NCBI GenBank assembly: GCA_951406725.2
Contig: OX597814.1
Location: 67,766,001-67,830,000, forward strand
DNA length: 64,000 bases
Direction: 5' to 3'
Source of the DNA: Octopus vulgaris
Taxonomy: Eukaryota
The position numbers and the translations under genes are program-made. Numbering within the stretch: position 1 is the first letter of the stretch; each line of letters begins with the position of its first letter. Below, piece after piece: positions 23,237-37,109 of the stretch. Below the pieces are notes generated by a model. That model saw only the letters and a list, made by a program, of their open reading frames with translations, was not told the origin of the DNA and did not search any database.

Positions 23237-24807
23237 AGTGGTTGTCTACTCCTAATGCAGAATCTGACCACCTCTTATACTTACACCTTAGATCTATCAT
23301 GGCGTCTGATGTGTCTTTGTTAAACAAGACAATGTTTTGAAAAGACACTCACATAAATTGCATATCCGATTTGGACCACCAAGAGCTACAGTTAAGTTTT
23401 GATCTTTGTGGATCTTAAAATGTCTTTTGAGGCCTCTGTAGATTTGCAGACCTTATGGCATATATGGCATTGACAGGTGTGCACAGATAGAAAGGCAGAG
23501 TAGTTGGTGGAAGTTCACTTTTTGGGTCTGCAAATGAGATTTGAGCCCAGCAAAAGAAAGGCATGGCCTGTCACAAATTGTACACACCAAAAGGTTGTTG
23601 GGATTCATTTTCTCATTGATCGGAGCATTTTTCTTTAAATTTCTTTTGAGTTTCACATGGGTCATCTCGGTTTCTCCAAAAACTTTCACTCCACTCCACA
23701 CTTTTGTTTGCCATCCAGCTCAGTCTGAAGCAAGGGTTTCTAATGGACTTTGGATCCATTCCAAGTGACTTCATGTTAGTCCTTATACAGTTCTTAAACC
23801 TTTTTTAAGGCTTACAATGACCACATTTCCCTTCTTCAAGTTCGCTATAAAACAACTGTTTGGATGTGTGGTCATCTGCCATTCAAATATTGTGGCCAGA
23901 CCATCTAATTTGATTTTTCGAAATCATTGACTTAATTGATTTTGTATTATTATGCAGACTTGCAGCTAGCAAGTGACAAAGTATTCTGTCATCAGTGTCA
24001 AGATGTTTTTGTAGCTGAATTTATTTTATTCTACATAATACCATTAATAGTGCTACTCACTCATGTAAGGAGTAAGATTTTCAGAGAGAGAGAAATAGAA
24101 ATTTGTACCATGTCTTTCCTATAGTTGTTAGCATGGTAAACTAGATGAATGAGGAATTTGATACACAATAGACTGTCTTGCATTAGTCATCACATTCAAC
24201 CTGTAACAGGAACCTATATCCATGACTTAATTGTGTTGTAGACTTGATACCTTGTTTTGATTTTAATACTACCATCTGGCCTTTGGATGCCTTTAGTAGA
24301 GTTTACTTTAATGCAAAGATTTGAACCAAGTCTCCAATTTGAGAATCCCTTCTTCTCACTAGCCTCAGATTTATTAGAAAAATATCCAATAACAATATCA
24401 ACAAAGGTGACTGCAGTCTTGGAATGATTTCCATTTGCCTTCTTTATGCACAGCACCATGAATTAACAACTGTGTATTCTATAATACTCTTACTCCTTAC
24501 ATGAGTGAGTAGCACTATTTAAAGGGTATCGTGTAGAATAAGGTAAATTCAGCTACAAAAACATCTCGATGCTGATGACAGAACACTTTGTCACTTAGCT
24601 GCAAGTCTGCATGATAATACAAAATCAAATATACCAGCTGTCATAGTTTTTGTTTGTGTAAGTTGTAATATAAGCTCAATTGCTGCAGAGTACAAGGTAA
24701 CTTGCTTTTTATTTCAGATGTAACAAATTCATTTAATTTACCATGCTAACAACTATAGGAAAGACATGAATGTCACAAATTTCTATTCCTCTGTCTCTGA
24801 AAATCTT
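23237..24807 (-). mobile_element. 3' part of an RTE LINE with internal inverted duplication
   Basis: CTICDRPCLSFAGLKSHLQT zinc finger, RWSGH.., QLFYSELEEGK. 23936-24150 is duplicated in inverted orientation at 24488-24628 and 24727-24807. Confidence 0.7.
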
Positions 24808-26022
24808 TGGTTTTATAATCACATAGTGAACCCTAGAGAATCCTACTCCAGTGAGAGAAAGTCTCAGCAAACTGGGTCTGGAATTGAATATTCTTCAAAT
24901 AAAAAAAAAGATTCTTACACTCTCTAGCAACTTCATTAGTTGATAATTGTATTTAATCCTCAGAAATGTAATTATGTGTTTTATAAAATTAAAACCTCTT
25001 TTCACATTTATGTTTGTTTCAGATAACAATCACTCGTGTGAATGTGACATAATTTAAAGTTTGTTTTTTTCTTATTTTGCATTGTTAGATGTTAACAGGT
25101 AGTTAACATAATTTGTTTCTGCTATTTAAATGTAATAATTAGCCTGTTACTTTGTAACAGTGGGACAGGTTAACTTATGCAGATGAAACCCAAATTATAA
25201 AGGTACAAGATTTCTTGTATTACACCAATTTCTGTAATCTTTTACTATTCCAAACCTTAAACTCTTTTTCTGTGACATGCATCACAATCTTTTCTTCTTT
25301 GTGTCTCTCCATTCTTATCTTCATCAAAACATATTCTATCTATAATCACTTTTATCACTGATTTCACCACAACCTTATTTTTCATGGTTCTCTCTATTTT
25401 AACTCCACAGACTTCCTTACCTCCTCCACTAAATTCTCTTTCATCAATTCTTCTCATCTACTCACATGTCACTATCTGTAATATTTGTTCTCAGCTCCCA
25501 GCCATCAAACAGTGCATTTAATAATTTCATTTTCTTCTCTATTTCATCTGCACTCAACATATCGCTCTTCCCATAGCTCTTTACACCAATCAGCTCAACC
25601 TACAATTGCTTTCCTTCCAACTATGCAGCAAAACTCATAAGCTCTACCAATTCACTTGCCTAACATCTACTGTGCCTACCATCTCTACATCTATCATGCA
25701 TTCGCACATGCTTATCATTCAAGCTCTTAACAAACCTCTATGGAGTTGGAGCTGAGCATTTAATCTTTGGTAAGAGCTGTTCCTTCATACCCCACATTGT
25801 TTGTGTGCAAGTTCTTAACCCATATTGACACCAAATGATTCTTGCGTTGCATGAAACTGGTGTCCTAGTGATAATAGGTTCTTTTGGTCTCTTCTTTTCT
25901 TAAGTTTTATTTTCAAACAGTTGCTTTCTTTGAGTGACTTTATTCATTTTATTTTCTATCTATCGATAAAAACTATTGCTTTCTAATGCATGCTAATTCC
26001 TTCTTTCAGTAAGATACAGTAA

Positions 26023-26638
26023 TATCAGGTCATCCCTTTAGTAAAAGGGAAAAAGCTCAACCACAACTGAGAAGGGAACTTCATGGAAAAAAGGTTCTTC
26101 TCTCTATCTGGTGGGATTGCAAAGGAGTAATTCACTTTGAATTATTACCACTTAATGCAACAATCAATGCTCAAGTCTACTGTCAGTAATTAGAGCATTT
26201 GAACCAAGCTTTAAAGAAAAAAGGACCCACTTTAGTGAATCGAAAAGGAGTGTTGTTTTGTCAGGACAATGCATGACCCCACACTGCAATGATCACATCA
26301 CAGAAGATCGTAAAGCTTGGTTGGGAACAAATTCCTTATCCACCTTATTCTCCCAGTTTTGCTCCTTCAGACTACCATCTGTTTCGTCGTTTACAGAATC
26401 ATTTGAGGGACATAACTTCTGCAAGCCAAGAGGAGGTCGAAACTGACATTTCAGAGTTTTTTACTTTGAAACCAAAAGAGTTTTACATTGACGGGATTAA
26501 AACGCTTGTAAATACATGGAAGGAAGTCATAGATAATCAGGGAAAGTACATTGATGATTAAATTTCAATTAAATATAACATTTGATCAATTGTTTTCTTT
26601 ATTCAAAATTCAGACAGAACTTATGGGATGACCTGATA
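26023..26638 (+). mobile_element. Internally deleted mariner transposon
   Basis: TIRs TATCAGGTCATCCC (26023) and GGGATGACCTGATA (26638). KKVLLSIWWDCKG, QDNA, PPYSPSFAPSDYHLF motifs. Confidence 0.9.
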
Positions 26639-27628
26639 TTTTGAAGCAAGGTATTACTAAATAATTTTTTGTATGTATGCGTATTCTTTTATGTGTTTCA
26701 GCCCTAAGGCTGTGGCTATATGTAAGAGATGGTTTCCTGAATTCATAGTTAAGAATAATTTCCTGCACTCATAGTTAAGAATTAAAACTGTGACCTAGAT
26801 TTTACATCTTTTCCTTTGTCTCAGTTAGAGATTTATGATGTCACCTGTCAACTTTATCTCAGTTCCTTAGTTTAAGCAGAAGCTGACAGATCATTTAGAG
26901 GTTAAGAGAGATAAAGGAAATATATTCCTTTGTTCTTGAGTATACATTGAGTTTTCTCTATTCTGTATAGCAGTTAGTAGTTTCCATTGCTTCAGCACAG
27001 CAGTCAGTGCTTCCTTAGCTTTGCATGGCTTCACTTTCTAGTAAACAGCTGGACCTGCTAGACATGCACATCTAAGAATGTGTGAACATCATTGTTGTCT
27101 TTCGCCTTGAACTGCTAAATTGCTAATTGCTACTAAGCCTTGTCTACTGACTCTGCATATGTATAAAAAGACTGTAAATATGCCTTTCATCCTTAACCAC
27201 CAGTTGCGTACTGGTGTCGATCTAATCGACTGGCCCCCTCCCCCAAAATTTCAAGCCTTGTACCTAGAGTAGAAAAGAATATTCTTCTTTTCAATGTTCT
27301 TTATTATGCTGTCTCCCAATAAAGTTGTAAGGTACCACACAAGTGGAAATATATATGAAAGAAGGTTTGAAAATGCAATTTTAAAGATGTTTATTCACTT
27401 GAACGGTTTCCCTTTTTTAGAAAAAGATTATCAAAAGTAAAATGTAAAGCTTTGTATGAGCTTCGTTTTGTTAAGTACTGGGTATCACAAAAGTTTTAAA
27501 AAAACAGAAATGTATTCTTTGATAATAATAAGAAAATGTTAAAAACAGTTTACAAGAAAGTATTCGAGAAAGTAATCAGAACGGGACTCCAAAAAGTAGA
27601 GTTCAATAAAAATCATGTTTGTTTGGTA

Positions 27629-27687
<59 letters not shown>

Positions 27688-27952
27688 AGGAGATATATTT
27701 AAGAATTTATAAAAAATTGTAGAGAAATAACTGACCTTTCTGAGGTCAGTTACACAAATATCAAGCAGAACATGTTGTTTCCATATTTCTAGCAGAGTGA
27801 ATTGCATCATGATGCTGTTTTTCTCACAGACGGTGACTAACTGACCCTACTATACAGTGTTGTCGACAAAAATAAACAATGCGCATGCACAAAATTGAAA
27901 ATATAAAATGGCAACAATTTACCTATCATACTCTGTACATATACACACACAA

Positions 27953-27999
<47 letters not shown>

Positions 28000-28859
28000 T
28001 GTATGTATTTATATATATTATAATTATTATTTAAAACTGTTTGATTTTACTACATGTGACTTGAAGTTTCATTCAGAAACCGAGCTCATTGGGCCCAATC
28101 TCCCAAATGGAAGGATACAAGAAGTTCAGGATGGCTACCAGAAAGTGGGCTGCCATTGGTCAAGTCAATTCACATGGTGTATTTAGAAGTGAGATCAACA
28201 TTCCAGTGACACCAAATGCATTAAAAGGGAGAATTTCTTGGACTGCATGACTGAACAGGAAGCTAGTGGTACCTTACTGTCTGGCTTGTCTTTGAAGGGT
28301 CTTGTAGGTGAGGGTGGGTGTGCGTTTGTGTATATACCTGATGTATAAGTATGTAAATGTGAATGTCTGATGCTAATGCATGTGTATCTGCTTTGCATGT
28401 GTGTGTGTGTTTGGTGGGGGTATGCTAGTTTGCAGGTTGGTGAGAGTTTATGGCATCAGCTCATAGGTATGTTTGTAAATGTTTGCTCAAGTATTTATAT
28501 GTATGGGTATAGGTATGTATAAGCTAAGTGTGAGTATTTATGTGCACAAATATGTGGGTGTATGTTTCAGCTGTGTATGTATCAACTGTGTGTGTATGTG
28601 TGTGAATACCTGTGCATTTGTGCCTGCTGTATACGCATGTGCACATACGTGTTTAAGATGCATATATAGGTGTGTTCATACAAATGGTTGGCGAATGTTA
28701 GTATGTATGAATCTGTGCATGTTTGTGTAAAAGAATATGTATGTGTGCATGTGTGTTATCATTTGGTGTGTGCATGTGTGTACATATATATGCATGCTTT
28801 TGGCATTTTGTGTGTGAGCTTGACTAATTTATGCTAGTGTTGTTGTAATAACGTTGGTT

Positions 28860-30130
28860 GGGAAGGAATTTATCATTGGATAGAAGTTTGGTGGTGTTAG
28901 GTGGGGGTAGGTTTGGTTGTGTTAGGGAGCAGAAAGAGAAGAAAAGCATACAGACAATGACATGTGTGTGCACACTCATGTATATGGTGTTACAGGGGAT
29001 GTATAAGTTTGGAAAGTCCGCCTGTGTTCTGCATAAGCATTGATAGTTAGGAATTCTGTCCTTGGTTGTGGGGCAGCCAGTGTGTAGGTGCAGTCAATGT
29101 TAAGGTGGTATATCTGGTTTGTTGGTGGCCAGCGGTTTGAAGTTCACCAGGTGGGTGTACCTTTGTTGGCAGCAGTAAGATAGTTCATATTTTTTGTTGA
29201 TAGATATCGCAGGTTGGTGGAGAATATGCAGTCTTTTGCAGAGACAGAGCTGGCAATTGCAGGCACTGAGTGATTAAGGTGGAGCCCTGTTGATGATAGT
29301 CCATTTGATGTTGAAGGTTTTATTCCTGAGGTCATGAAGCCTCTAGAGGAAATGAGACTAAGATGTGGAATTCTGTTTATCCCTGCATCTAAGCAAATAC
29401 CTATGCAGCATGTACCTTCCCTTGAAGTCAGCCCATGTTGTGCCTTGTGGTGCTATTGCATGGTGAGAGAGTGGCTCTGTAGATTCTGGCCCTTGAGAGG
29501 CAGGATCCTTCTACAGAGCAGCCAGTAGGGCATTGGAAATTACAAATTGAGTTGGAGATTGTGCAGGTGCATGTTTGTGTCTACTGTAGCATGCAGTGTT
29601 AGAAGTAAGGTTGTCTAAGCAGGAGTAGTTCACCAGGACATGGGGGTTGAAAAGCTTATAGTGCTTATAGTCCCTAGGGAAGTGTTTTTTAACCAATGAC
29701 AGGAAGCTCCTAGCTAAGTTCTAGGTTAATGGAGTGTTGAACTAGATTATCTTTCTCTTTCTAGTTCTCTTCAGGTGCGGGGTGGATGTTGGAAGTCCTC
29801 CATATATGTTAACTTCTTGGAAAATTCACTTGTCGCCAATGCATCTTTGTAGTGGTGGGTTGGGGGTGAAGGCAGTCTTGTTGAAGATCTCCCTATCGAC
29901 TGACAGCCTAGATATTCCTCTGCTAATGTGTGCAATTAGGTCCTTCCCAAGTTCCTTGATGTAACCTTTCATATAGCTTGAGATTTCCAGGACATAGTCC
30001 CTGTGTGTGTGTGTGCATTTCTTGAGGGTATCCAAGATAAATAGCCTGATGAGGTCAACAATCTCAACCACATTGTAGTTCCCCATAGAAATGTCAAACA
30101 GTGGATTGCCTTCTTTCTTCACCCAGTTAC
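28860..30130 (-). mobile_element. Decayed Penelope-like element (Naiad-like RT/linker)
   Basis: FDISMGNYNVVEIVDLI.LFIL (cf. FDVTMGSYDGAE), ISRLSVDREIF, RKRKII*FN, FLSLVKKHFPRDYKHYKLFN..VNYSCLDN. Confidence 0.65.
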
Positions 30131-30661
30131 AACATTTTTATTAAGGATTTTCCATGTTTTGTGTGTTTCTTGCAATTCATTTGAAACAATAATCTATTTC
30201 TCAACTATTTCAGTCTCATCTCATCTTCAGTTTGTAATGTGCTGTTGGTATGTGTAACTGTAATTTCTGTAGGTTTTATAACCAGAACCTGTTTAGACCT
30301 TATCAGAAATTTAATTGTAAGAAATTTGATTGTTGGTATTTAGTATGTAATATATGTGTATTTTTTCTGAGTATATTTTAGTTTTGCTCTGCATTGTAAC
30401 TCTTCCATCATTAATCATTTAATTTTGTGTGAAATTCTACTTAGTATTGATGTATTGTCCTCTAGTACTCTCTGAGTAGACAGTAGTTATGGTTCCTAAA
30501 TTAAGCTTTGTCTAAAGTTTTCATATCTTAAGAATGATATACAATTGTTTATATCTGCCAGTAACTAGCAGCAAAACTATACAATTGTTTACTTAAGCCT
30601 GTAGATATGTGTTATTATTATTACTATTGTTACAGGATTGTTTATTTCTATTATTTTTAAG

Positions 30662-31834
30662 GCGAGTGAGCTGACTAATCGATGTACTTTGATAGGAGAG
30701 AAAGTTCAAGAGACCAACCTACAGTTAGAAGATGCTAAAAAATCTCGGGAGGAGTTGTATGAGAAATATATTTCTTCCCGCGACCATTACAAATCTGACT
30801 ATGAAACTCGTCTCAAGGAAGAATTAGCAAAAATTCAATCGAAGACAAATATGGAAATTGAAAAACTTCGAACATCAACTAAAGAAATGTATGATCGAGA
30901 AAATCGAAACTTACGTGAAGCCCGTGACTTTGCAGTGATGGAGAAAGACAAATTTGAACTAAAATGTCAAGAAATTCAAGATAAATATGACCAGCTTATG
31001 AATGAATTCCGAGCCTTACAGACTTCTGGTGATGGGAGATTGTTAGATTTACAAAGTGAGGTTAAACTAAAAAGTTTTGAAGCAGAACGAGGTAATTTGG
31101 TCTTTGAAGAAACTTGCAAAAATTTGAAACAGTGTCAGTTAGACCTGGAAAAAATGGAAGCAAAGTATGATGTCTTATTGAAAGAGTACTATGCAATGGA
31201 AAACATGAAAGAAAAGACTATTACTGAGCTGAATTCAGAACTAGTGTCTAAGAATATTCGTTTAGATTCTTATGAGAAGCTTGAAAAAGAGTTGGATGAA
31301 GTTGTTTTGCAAGCTGCTGAGTTAACTGATCAAGAAAATGCTGAGAAGGTTCTCTTTGCTTATGGCTATGGTGCCAATGTACCAACAAATGCAAAGCGTC
31401 GACTAAAACAGAGTATAGATTTGGCACGAAGAGTTCTAAATCTTGAACGGCTCAATACATCACTTCAACATGATCTTGAAGCTGAGAAGAAATGTGTTCA
31501 ACAAATAACTGAAGAGTTAAAATCTTCTAAAGACCTAATTCATGTTTCACAGCAGCCACAAAGCTACCTTGTTGAAACTCTTAAAAATCGAGACAATATG
31601 TTAAAAACACAAAAAGGAGAGCTTGATAATGCATTGAAACAGAATGAGATCCTGAAAACTGAACAAAACCGACTTTTAACCACACAAAATCAACTGTCAC
31701 AAGATTTAGATCGTTTGCTCCATCACCAGGCTGAAATTTCTCTTATGAAGCAGGTTCTGATGAAGATATCTTCTGGTAAATCTAGTGGAATTGATACTTT
31801 GATAGAAAGTGGTATTTCATTCACTCAGGCATGA
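30662..31834 (+). CDS. PIBF1: PIBF1/CEP90, large (probably terminal) coding exon
   Basis: Contains SRDHYKSDYE, EMYDRENRNLREARD, YEKLEKELDE and LFAYGYGANVPTNAKRRLKQS, all PIBF1 hallmarks. Acceptor ttttaAG at 30661 joins LSRQ|ASELTNRC, colinear with vertebrate LNRQNMELSVRC. Stop TGA at 31832-31834. A possible donor near 31775 (G|GTAAAT) cannot be excluded. Confidence 0.92.
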   Translation, partial: ASELTNRCTLIGEKVQETNLQLEDAKKSREELYEKYISSRDHYKSDYETRLKEELAKIQSKTNMEIEKLRTSTKEMYDRENRNLREARDFAVMEKDKFELKCQEIQDKYDQLMNEFRALQTSGDGRLLDLQSEVKLKSFEAERGNLVFEETCKNLKQCQLDLEKMEAKYDVLLKEYYAMENMKEKTITELNSELVSKNIRLDSYEKLEKELDEVVLQAAELTDQENAEKVLFAYGYGANVPTNAKRRLKQSIDLARRVLNLERLNTSLQHDLEAEKKCVQQITEELKSSKDLIHVSQQPQSYLVETLKNRDNMLKTQKGELDNALKQNEILKTEQNRLLTTQNQLSQDLDRLLHHQAEISLMKQVLMKISSGKSSGIDTLIESGISFTQA

Positions 31835-34161
31835 CTTATGCAATATCAGTCTACCATGGGTTGTTACGTCCCTAGCAGATGAGGATAATATTCTTTCTAA
31901 GTTTGATATCAATATCTATTGCATTTAATGTGCTGCTTAGTGACTTCAGTTTAAGAAAATGTTTTGTTGAGAAGTATTTATATCCTTAAAATATCTATAT
32001 TGAGAGTCTGTAAGATCTATTGATGTTTATATTTTTGTATATTTTATATAAATTTACATATAACTGCAATTATTTAAGATTTAAGACAACGTACTACTTT
32101 TTTCAGCCCACGGGAAAAAATGTAGCATTAAAAGAGGTGGTAGGGGTACTCTGAAAGAAGTCTTTCTAGGCACATCAGCCTAGTAAAGTTCATATTTTCT
32201 AAGCTATAATTTTGATGTAATTGAAGTGACTCTTTATGGCTGTCTAAAATCCTTGGAACAACAAAGGAAAATAGATCTCTATTTAAAAGTTTGTCATCTT
32301 AAAAGTGTTTGGTTGAAAGTTAGCTTGATAGAACCTATCTTTCTTTCAGCTTATTGATTACTGTCAGATGTCACAGATTTGAGGAACAAGAGAAGTAAAA
32401 TGGTTCAACCCAGGATCAAATTGCACCTTGGTTTATTTATTTTATGTCACAGCACATAATAGCATTATTGGTTACAGACTTCCAATGGGTCAGTTTTTCT
32501 GATGGTGAGTGCAACAAGTAAGCATCTGTAACTCAGTCAACTTTGATTGAAACCCTTTCTTTTTGGCCACTGTTTACATCCTTCACCAAAATATAATAAA
32601 AGATATAACCATGTGCCTACGCACAAACAAACATTCATGCATCTACTTTTCCATGCTGGCTGCATTCAACAAAGACATTTTTCAGACAATATTTTACAAC
32701 TGGATGAATTTCTTGTCACCTGATCTGTTTTCTAGTATCTCATTGCCCATCACAAGTACAGAGCTCCAGGACACTGCTGACACAGAATGTAAACATGACA
32801 TCTCATGTTTTTGCTTTGGTTAAGCAGTGTCATGTGTAAATTACAATGGCCTCTTACTGAAGTGCCACAAAGTGGGATAGAGCCCAAAGCCATGTGGTCT
32901 TGAAGAAAACACAATATTCACACAGCTTTGCCTGTACACACCCACACTATGTGTGTATAAGGTTTTTAGATCTGTGAGAAATAGGACTACTTTTCTCAAA
33001 AGCAGCAAGCCAAGAATCTCCCTGAAAAAGGTAGGGATCCAGTTGGCTGGAGAGAGAGCAAAGAGAAGAGTTAGCAACTAAGAACATATGTGTGTGAGTT
33101 GGTGTGTGCCACAGAACCCTCCAAAACTAGACACTATTATCAAGGTATTATCAAAGCCTATAAGGATTATCTATAAAGTGAATCTGTAATCATCTTAAGC
33201 CGTGAATCCACAAGCACTTTCAATTTTACAAGAATGAAGGACAACTCAGAATAATGAGGACTTAAGACCTAAAAAATTCACAAATAATCATATCAAATAT
33301 ACATTCCCATCATCAACTGACAAATAGATACCACTATGATTTTGACACTCAATCCAGCGATGTCAGCAATGTTAAAAGCATAAACACTGCAGGAATAAAA
33401 CATTAGAGTAGTATGTCCATTACACCAACACCTGCTTATCACTGCAAACAACACCACATTAAATAAATAAATATTAACTTATAGTTATGTAATAATATCT
33501 ATAAAACAAAGAACTTACTCGCAAAAATGCATCAATCCTGATGCCTAGCATGACAACCCAAGGAACAGCAAACCTAGAAATGAAAACATTTAAACTTAAA
33601 TCTATATCATACTATAAACATGAAATCACACCCAAAACAAACCTAATATATACTTGTGGAATGGTATATACTTTAACCAATGTCCTCAAACAATGTACAA
33701 TGAAAAATACAAACACAGCTCCATATCTGTAAAATATTTGTGCTCAATATTATAAAATAAATTAACCGAATTTATTGTAATAAAAGTAAAATAGATTGAA
33801 ATATAATTAGAATTAAATTAAAGCTATAAAAAATACAATATAAAATAATATAGATCTGGCAAAAACTACCTAAAACAAAAACCATCAATAAAATGCCCTA
33901 ATTACAAAGAGATTGAATAATTTTTTCTACTCTAGGAACAAGACCCGACATTTTTGGGGAAGGCACCACTTGATTAGATCAACCCCAGTATTCACCAAAA
34001 GGGGTGAAAGGTAGATAGACAAAATACCAATAAGCATTTTGCCTGGCATGCTAACGATTCTGCCAGCTCACTGCCTTAATGCAATGAATAATAAATTATT
34101 CATTTTATCAACAACATCCCTGCTGTATAGGAACAACTGTAACTACACAAACTTATCGAAT

Positions 34162-34200
<39 letters not shown>

Positions 34201-35969
34201 CATTTAAACTAACATATACACCTAAAATCTATAAACATTTAAAATTACTAAAGCAACTATACTGTAAGTTCATATAAGATAATGAAAATCCACTTGTTGC
34301 TATGAAATTAACAAAAGCCACACTTACATCATAACCCATTGCTGCCAAAAAAACCCAAAAGACAAAAAATCATTACCTATCATCATGCTACAAACACCTT
34401 GTATATGAAACTGCACTCAAAAGGTATTTGTCAGCTGAAAACTATAGTAGAAGACTCTTGCTTAAGGTAATGTGCAATGGAATCAAACTTAGAGCTGTGT
34501 GGCTAGGAGCAAACTTATTAAACTCACAACCATGCTGTATGACTAATAAGTTTGGTATGTGATTCCCAACTCATATAAAGCTGTTAATTAAACATATGCA
34601 ATGAAAAAAAGGGAAGTTAACGAACACTACTGCTGTACATTTAAAAACTAAGCAAAATGGCTAAATAAATGAGGTATTGCACTACATGTTCATAGAATTT
34701 TAGTTACAATCTACGGCAGGAATTAGTGTTCAATCTAGAATAACATGTTATTCTAGATTGAATGTAACTATATCAATGTATAACAATATGTAATAAAAGA
34801 TATAAACATACAAACATACACCGACTTTTCCATGCTAACTATGTTCACAAAGACAAATGCAGACTGATTAAATCCTCACAAAATGAACAGAGTATAATAA
34901 ACACATTCTTGATTTCATGAATTTAAAGATCAAATATGCAATGGCAAAGTAGTTGTGTTGTAATTAAATGCTTCAGTTTTATAAAAAATAAATAATTCTA
35001 GGTTCACTCGGCTTGATATAATGGAGTTTTACCCCTCAATTTCAGAATTAATCTTCAGTCATAGAATTCAGTAAAACATTCCAGCATAATAAATAATGAA
35101 CACCCAGAATTCTGCTTGTTTTGTGATGACTCCTAGTTCTTGAAGGAAGGTTATGAGGTTTGTCACATCTTCCATATTTGCCATACCTTGCAAATTCAGA
35201 TTTTTACCAGTCTTGATCTCTTAAAAATTCATTTAATGGACAGACCAACTTTGAAGATGATTCACCTAGAAGAGTTTTGAAGAAGGAATAATGGATCTTC
35301 TCACAAGACGGCAAGAAACAAAACGGTAATTTTAGCATTCATCATCATCATTATTTAACATCTATGTTGGCATGGGTTGGACAGCTTGACCAGAACTGAT
35401 AAAGCTAGGGCTGAACCAGGTTCCATAATCTGTTTCTATGGCTGGATTCCCTTCTTAGTGCCAACTACTCCACAGTGTACTGGGTGCTTTTTTATGTTGC
35501 ACCAGTATCTGTGCTTTTCCCATAGCACTAGCACCAGATCAGTGCTTTTTATGTGTTATTTTGGTTTTAGGATCTCAGTTCTGTTGTGGTGGGCAGGTCT
35601 TCTTAAGAACAGCAATGTGTCACATAATTTGCTCTTCCATCATTTCTTTCGTAGGCTGGGCCAGCCTTAAGCCAATTGGACTGATTGCTCCTAGTTGGGC
35701 CCTGCACTCAAGGAGGCCACATCCTATACTGCGACATTTCATGAAGGTGGTCTCCCTAAAGTTTAAAAAACCATACTTTCTATACTTTAACAACACAAGA
35801 TACCAAAATATAAACCCATTCATCCAAAATTGCTTGGGTAAGCCTTCCTTGTATTTTCAGTGTAAGGGTCAATTGTATATATGCATGTGTGTATGTGAAT
35901 GTTTGGGAGTGTTTACTGGCATGTTTGGGTAAAATATTTGTGTGTGTATGTGATTTAAGTGTATGGTGA

Positions 35970-36017
<48 letters not shown>

Positions 36018-37109
36018 TATGTTTGTGTGTTTGAGTTATAAATATACTTTGTATATGTTTAATTCTGGGGAAACTTTTTTATATCAATAGAGTGTAGTTT
36101 ATATATTTATATACTAGCTGGTGTACCCAGTAATTCCTGGAGGTAAAGATGTTCTACTGAAATGCCTTATTTCTCTGATATAAGAAAGCAATTTTGTTAG
36201 AACTGCCACAAAAGGTGTATTTTCTGTCGCAAAATAGTACAAAAAACTGTCAGCTGGAGGAGGGAGAGATTGTTGGAGGTTGGCGAGAAAGTACTCTGAC
36301 TTGTCATGGCATTTTAAAGGTGAACTTTATGAAGGCTAATTTATTAAAGGTAATATATAAATGTAGCATATATGTTTATAAATATATGAATGGAGTGTTT
36401 AATGTTTAAGAATGAAATGAAGAAAGTGCACTAATAACATTCACACTCACTGATAGTTGTTCTCAGTAACTACCTTTAGCCTATGGAGTTCTTGTTTTTA
36501 TAACTATGGAAAAGCAGCCAGAAAGATAGACATTGTTGAGAACAAATGATTTTGTTGGAGGTCTGTTATCTTCATTCCAGCCCCTGGTGGCCTAGAAGAG
36601 GTTAGAAGGGTCACGTGACAAAGACATTATTCTGCTTAGCAAAGGCATCTGGGAAATGTATAATTGCTGTCATTCACAGAAAAACTATTGTTTTACTGTG
36701 AGAAAAGCGCTGTTGAAGTGTTAAGTGAAATTTGGCAATCGAGGATTGAATCCACGCTATGCCTACATGAAGCCACTATAAATACATTGTGGAATAGAAA
36801 ATTTATCTACTGTCATGGAAAAAGTGTAACTGTAAAAATGCAGAATTATCAGGGTAATGGGCATTCCAAAAAGTATGTATGTACAGAAATGTATGAATGA
36901 AATCTTTAAGGTTTAAGATTCAAATCAAGGAAGTACAATAACAATGTTTATCAGTTCAAAACCTAGTAGCGAAATGCAGAATTAGGTTGGCTGATCCTGA
37001 GAATCAAATATTGATTGCTTTGCTAAAAACTGCAGGTGGTATGGGTTATTTCCCTTGGGTTGTTTAAATAAAATATTAGTAATATGTAGTAGATAGCAGG
37101 ATCCATTGG

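Noticed and set aside
30631-30640. Alternative PIBF1 acceptor TACAG
   Set aside because: Splicing from the phase-0 donor gives an out-of-frame stop within ~13 codons.
36112-37080. Possible Helitron end (ACTAG...ACCCAG..CTGG) and decayed coding sequence; similar end at ~18722
   Set aside because: Too degenerate, with no convincing protein motif.
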